From contig RBNJ01000078.1 of the NCBI GenBank assembly GCA_003990765.1, positions 1 to 43,292 of the forward strand: a stretch of 43,292 bases of DNA. Direction: 5' to 3'. The DNA comes from Jimgerdemannia flammicorona. Taxonomy: Eukaryota. Position numbers and translations under genes: made by a program. This document shows positions 40,001 through 43,292 of the stretch, piece after piece (the first letter of the stretch is position 1; each line of letters begins with the position of its first letter). The notes beneath the pieces are model-generated. The model was given only the letters and a program-made list of their open reading frames with translations, had not been told where the DNA came from and did not search any database.

Positions 40001-41338
40001 CTGGTATTTAAGCTTACTTCACTTAGAATACTTCTTGCAATCGGAGCCAAGTATGACTATGAGATACATCAAATGGATGTTAAGACAGCCTTCCTAAATG
40101 GAGACATAGATACTGAACTATATGTTCTTCAACCACAAGGATACAAACTCTATGACAATGAGAAGGAGTTAGTATGCAGACTATGCAAAGGCCTCTATGG
40201 CATAAAACAGGCAGTGAGGCTGTGGAATCGAAAGATCGATGATTATCTTATAGAAGAGAATAGGTTCAAACAATGTGAAGCAGACCTATACATATACACT
40301 CGTTATACATCCTCAGGAATGGTGTACTTGGGAATTTGGGTCAATGATATCATTCTGGTCAGGATGACAAGTGAGATCAACGAAGTAAAGGTAGCATTAT
40401 GCAAAAAGTTCAAGATGACAGATATGGGTGATGCATCTTTCCTTTTGGGGATATCCATCATATATGACAGGAGCACACATACTATATACCTAAGCCAAGA
40501 AGCCTACATTCAGACAATACTCGAGCAATTCGGCATGAGCGAGTGCAAGCCAGTCAGAACACTGATGGAGATGTCTGTGAGACTAAAGAAGTCCGATACA
40601 CCTGATGACAATGACATTCCCTATCGACAAGCAGTGGGATCCCTTATATATCTAATGCTCAGGATGAGACCCAACCTATCACATGCAATCAACAAGGTAG
40701 CACAATATGCATTATGCTATGACAAATCGCATTGGATGGCAATCAAGTGTATATTCAGGTACATTAAAGGTACAAAGAGCTATATGCTCAATTTGGGTGA
40801 TAAAGGAGTTAAAAGATTAAGCAGGAGTACTGTTACAGTAAGCCTTTCTGGCATATGTGATGCTGATTGGGCTGGGGATTTAGATGACAGAAGGTCTATG
40901 ACAGGATACTTCTTCTATCTCAATGACAGTGGAGCCATTTTGTGGCAAACTCATAAGCAATCATCAGTGGTGACATCATCTATGCAAGCAGAATATCAAG
41001 TGTTGTCAACGGTGATGAAGAAGGCTATCTGGCTTTGTGAACTACTAAAGAATCTGGAATTCCCTCAAGAATCTATAACTATATAACAGGATAACCAATC
41101 CACCATTGCTTTGGCAAAGAACCCTATATATCATACAAGAACCAAGTATATTGATATACAGCACCATTACATATAAGAGTACATTGAAAATGAGACTATA
41201 TGCCTGTTATATACTCCTATGGAGCAAATGGCAGTAGATTCGCTAACAAAGGCCCTTCCGAAGGCAAAGTTTGATTTTTGCATACAAGAAATGGATATAA
41301 TGACAAGCAACGAGCAAATAATGGCAAACGATGGGTAA
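37080..41338 (+). pseudogene. copia gag-pol pseudogene
   Basis: FDGKDYAIW (gag), YCDKPGHCVQDC (zinc knuckle), WLMDSGTIQHM (protease), HMDICGP (integrase), MDVKTAFLNG and WVNDI (RT), CDADWAGD (RNase H). Multiple stops and frame breaks. Confidence 0.9.
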
Positions 41339-41595
41339 AAATAAATATTACGGTAAAACGATGAGTAGAATGAGTGTTACAGCAAATATTTGTAATGGAA
41401 ATCTATAATATTGCTCAGGATTTCCATTTTTTCACTACTTCTCTTATCTATTTTTATACTTATAAGTGGGGAATTTTGACCTTTTTTGGTCATCTAGATA
41501 GTATCCCATTGGTAATATTTTGTTTTCTGCTTAACTTAGCTGAAGATTGATTAGTTTTTATTTGTATTTGCATTCTTTATCTCATTAAGCAGGAG

Positions 41596-41740
41596 TGTTG
41601 AGATTACAGGTTACAACTCGATATAGTACTCGATATAGATAATTTGTGGTGCAGTGGCATTGGGGTGACATTATCAATAATCGCGTAAAAAGTACGTAAC
41701 ATTAGGTGATCAATAAAACATTCCTCCTGAGTTTATAACA
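41596..41740 (+). repeat. 3' LTR (TG...CA)
   Basis: Begins TGTTGAG, ends ATAACA, and matches the 5' LTR. Confidence 0.92.
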
Positions 41741-42270
41741 ATTATCATCAAGTATTCCTAAGTAACTAATTTCAATGGTCTATGACAAATTGAATTCTTC
41801 ATATGACAATTGTACAAATTGAGTCAGTCACTTTTAAAATATTACTTTACCTATATAACTTGAAATTGATCTCATTATTAATAAAATAGATTTCATAGGA
41901 TTTTAATCTATTATATCACACTCATGAAAAGATGCAAAATTGAGGGAGTTTTTTAACATATGAATTAAGCAGAGAGGAGATAAAATTTCTATCAAAGTTA
42001 TAGTCAAATTGTGAATTTTAAAAAAGTAAAAACTAATTATTTATATCAAATTTAAATGATTAAAACTATATTATACAAAAGCAGGCCAGTACAAAGTAGG
42101 TCAGCAGGTAACAGCCAACAGTACACTAACAGCTGACAGTAGGTCAATTTGAAATTGACAAAACCAGCTGATAGTAATATTAAAAGCAGGCTGACAGAAT
42201 AGGCTGAAATCTGAAATTTATAGATAGAGCAGATCACAATCTGTGAAAATGATAGAGATGACAGAGTCCT

Positions 42271-43041
42271 GCTTCTTTCTCCACTATCTTACTAGTCATA
42301 AGGTTTGGTAGGTAACTTTCTGAGTCTTTTGTCCACAACTTATATCCTCTTTTCCTCAAATTGGTTTGCTATATCTATTACAGGATAGTGAGAGAGAGGC
42401 AATAGTAATAAGTTGCCTCTTTATCAGTATCAGATCAGTGCTTTCTTTACTTTTTTGCAGTTTTTAATATCTCTGGCTATATCTAGAGTATATATATCTG
42501 TTTTGGTATAATATTTTCTTCTCTTTACTATTACTAATAAGATATTATCTTAATATATTATAGACTATATATAGAGTCAGCCAATCTTGAATATCAAGTG
42601 CTAATATAGATTATCTGTAGGTTTGCTGGTATCTGTAGTAAAGTTCTCTGAGCTTTGGTGAGCTTTTTAGTGAGTATAATTCTAGTATAAGTGATTGTCT
42701 TTCAGAAGAAGTCAGAATGAGAGAAGAGATAGTCATCATAGATAAGAAGAAAGATAATTACAGTAGACCAGTAGAGTACCAGGCTGGTAATAATCATCAG
42801 GGCTAAGGTAGATACTATATTGGTGAGATCTTTTAATTAGCACTAAGTGGTTAAATATTAGATATCACTCTTGGCTACTTTTGACAATATATAGAATTGG
42901 GCCCTAGTTATTAGAGATAGCTGAGGAGCTCAAAGCTACTCTGATCAGATATCTTAACTATACTCAACTAGAACTAGGAGCTCATATAGTAATATGTATA
43001 ATTGAATTCTACAGACTTGAGTAGTGAGATATTAGAGATCT
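42271..43041 (+). mobile_element. Second, more eroded copy of the 1048-2216 retroposon (5' ~770 bp)
   Basis: Colinear with ~1050-1815 and shares essentially the same left boundary. Differences are mostly C->T and G->A. It is cut at a poly(T) tract. Confidence 0.85.
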
Positions 43042-43292
43042 CCTTTTTTTTTTTTTTTTATAGTTACTTAAACTTCTTTATTATTAAAATATCTATAAAA
43101 ATAATATACAATTCATAGATCTCATTAATCATCAATAATCTCACTCTAAGGAAAATCAATCAAATCTCCTAAAAGACTTATCAATCAATACTAACTTTCT
43201 ATTACACTCTTTTGTCATCCAGTACCAACTGATCCCAACTCTCTAAGATAATATTCTATATCTTCTTTACTACTTCCAACTCTCATCATCTC

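Larger units (their letters stand above)
36865..41740 (+). mobile_element. Full-length, mutated Ty1/copia LTR retrotransposon
   Basis: Two 145-bp LTRs; TSD ATTGT (36860-36864) / ATTAT (41741-41745); PBS GGTTATAAGTCCCA (37012-37025); purine-rich AAGCAGGAG before the 3' LTR; domain order gag-PR-IN-RT-RH. Confidence 0.95.

Noticed and set aside
42070-42235. Short AGCTGACAG / AGGTCAG-like repeats as transposon subterminal repeats
   Set aside because: No matching terminus or TSD was found in the window.

Overview
Eukaryotic, intron-rich fungal DNA. The lineage is inferred, not searched: most likely an early-diverging Mucoromycota fungus such as Endogonales, judged from the Crinkler relic, the mS34-like gene and the intron style. 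Two GC/CpG-rich gene islands (~5.6-11.2 kb and ~17.2-34.2 kb) carry TSR4/PDCD2L, NADPH-cytochrome P450 reductase, PRP31, an R3H/G-patch protein, proteasome alpha1, a small membrane protein, mS34, cytochrome b5 reductase and importin-7. They are separated by AT-rich, CpG-depleted blocks of decayed repeats. The highlight is a decayed but frame-intact IS607-type element on the minus strand (~34.5-36.8 kb). It has a MerR-HTH serine recombinase TnpA overlapping a Fanzor2/TnpB RNA-guided nuclease gene, followed by a candidate omegaRNA hairpin. Other mobile or decayed elements are a full-length Ty1/copia element with 145-bp LTRs, four copies or fragments of a poly(A)-tailed retroposon (two with 15-bp TSDs), a Crinkler + AAA-ATPase pseudogene split by that retroposon, and a DDE transposase relic. 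Where repeat copies can be compared, they show RIP-like C-to-T/G-to-A hypermutation at CpG and CpA.
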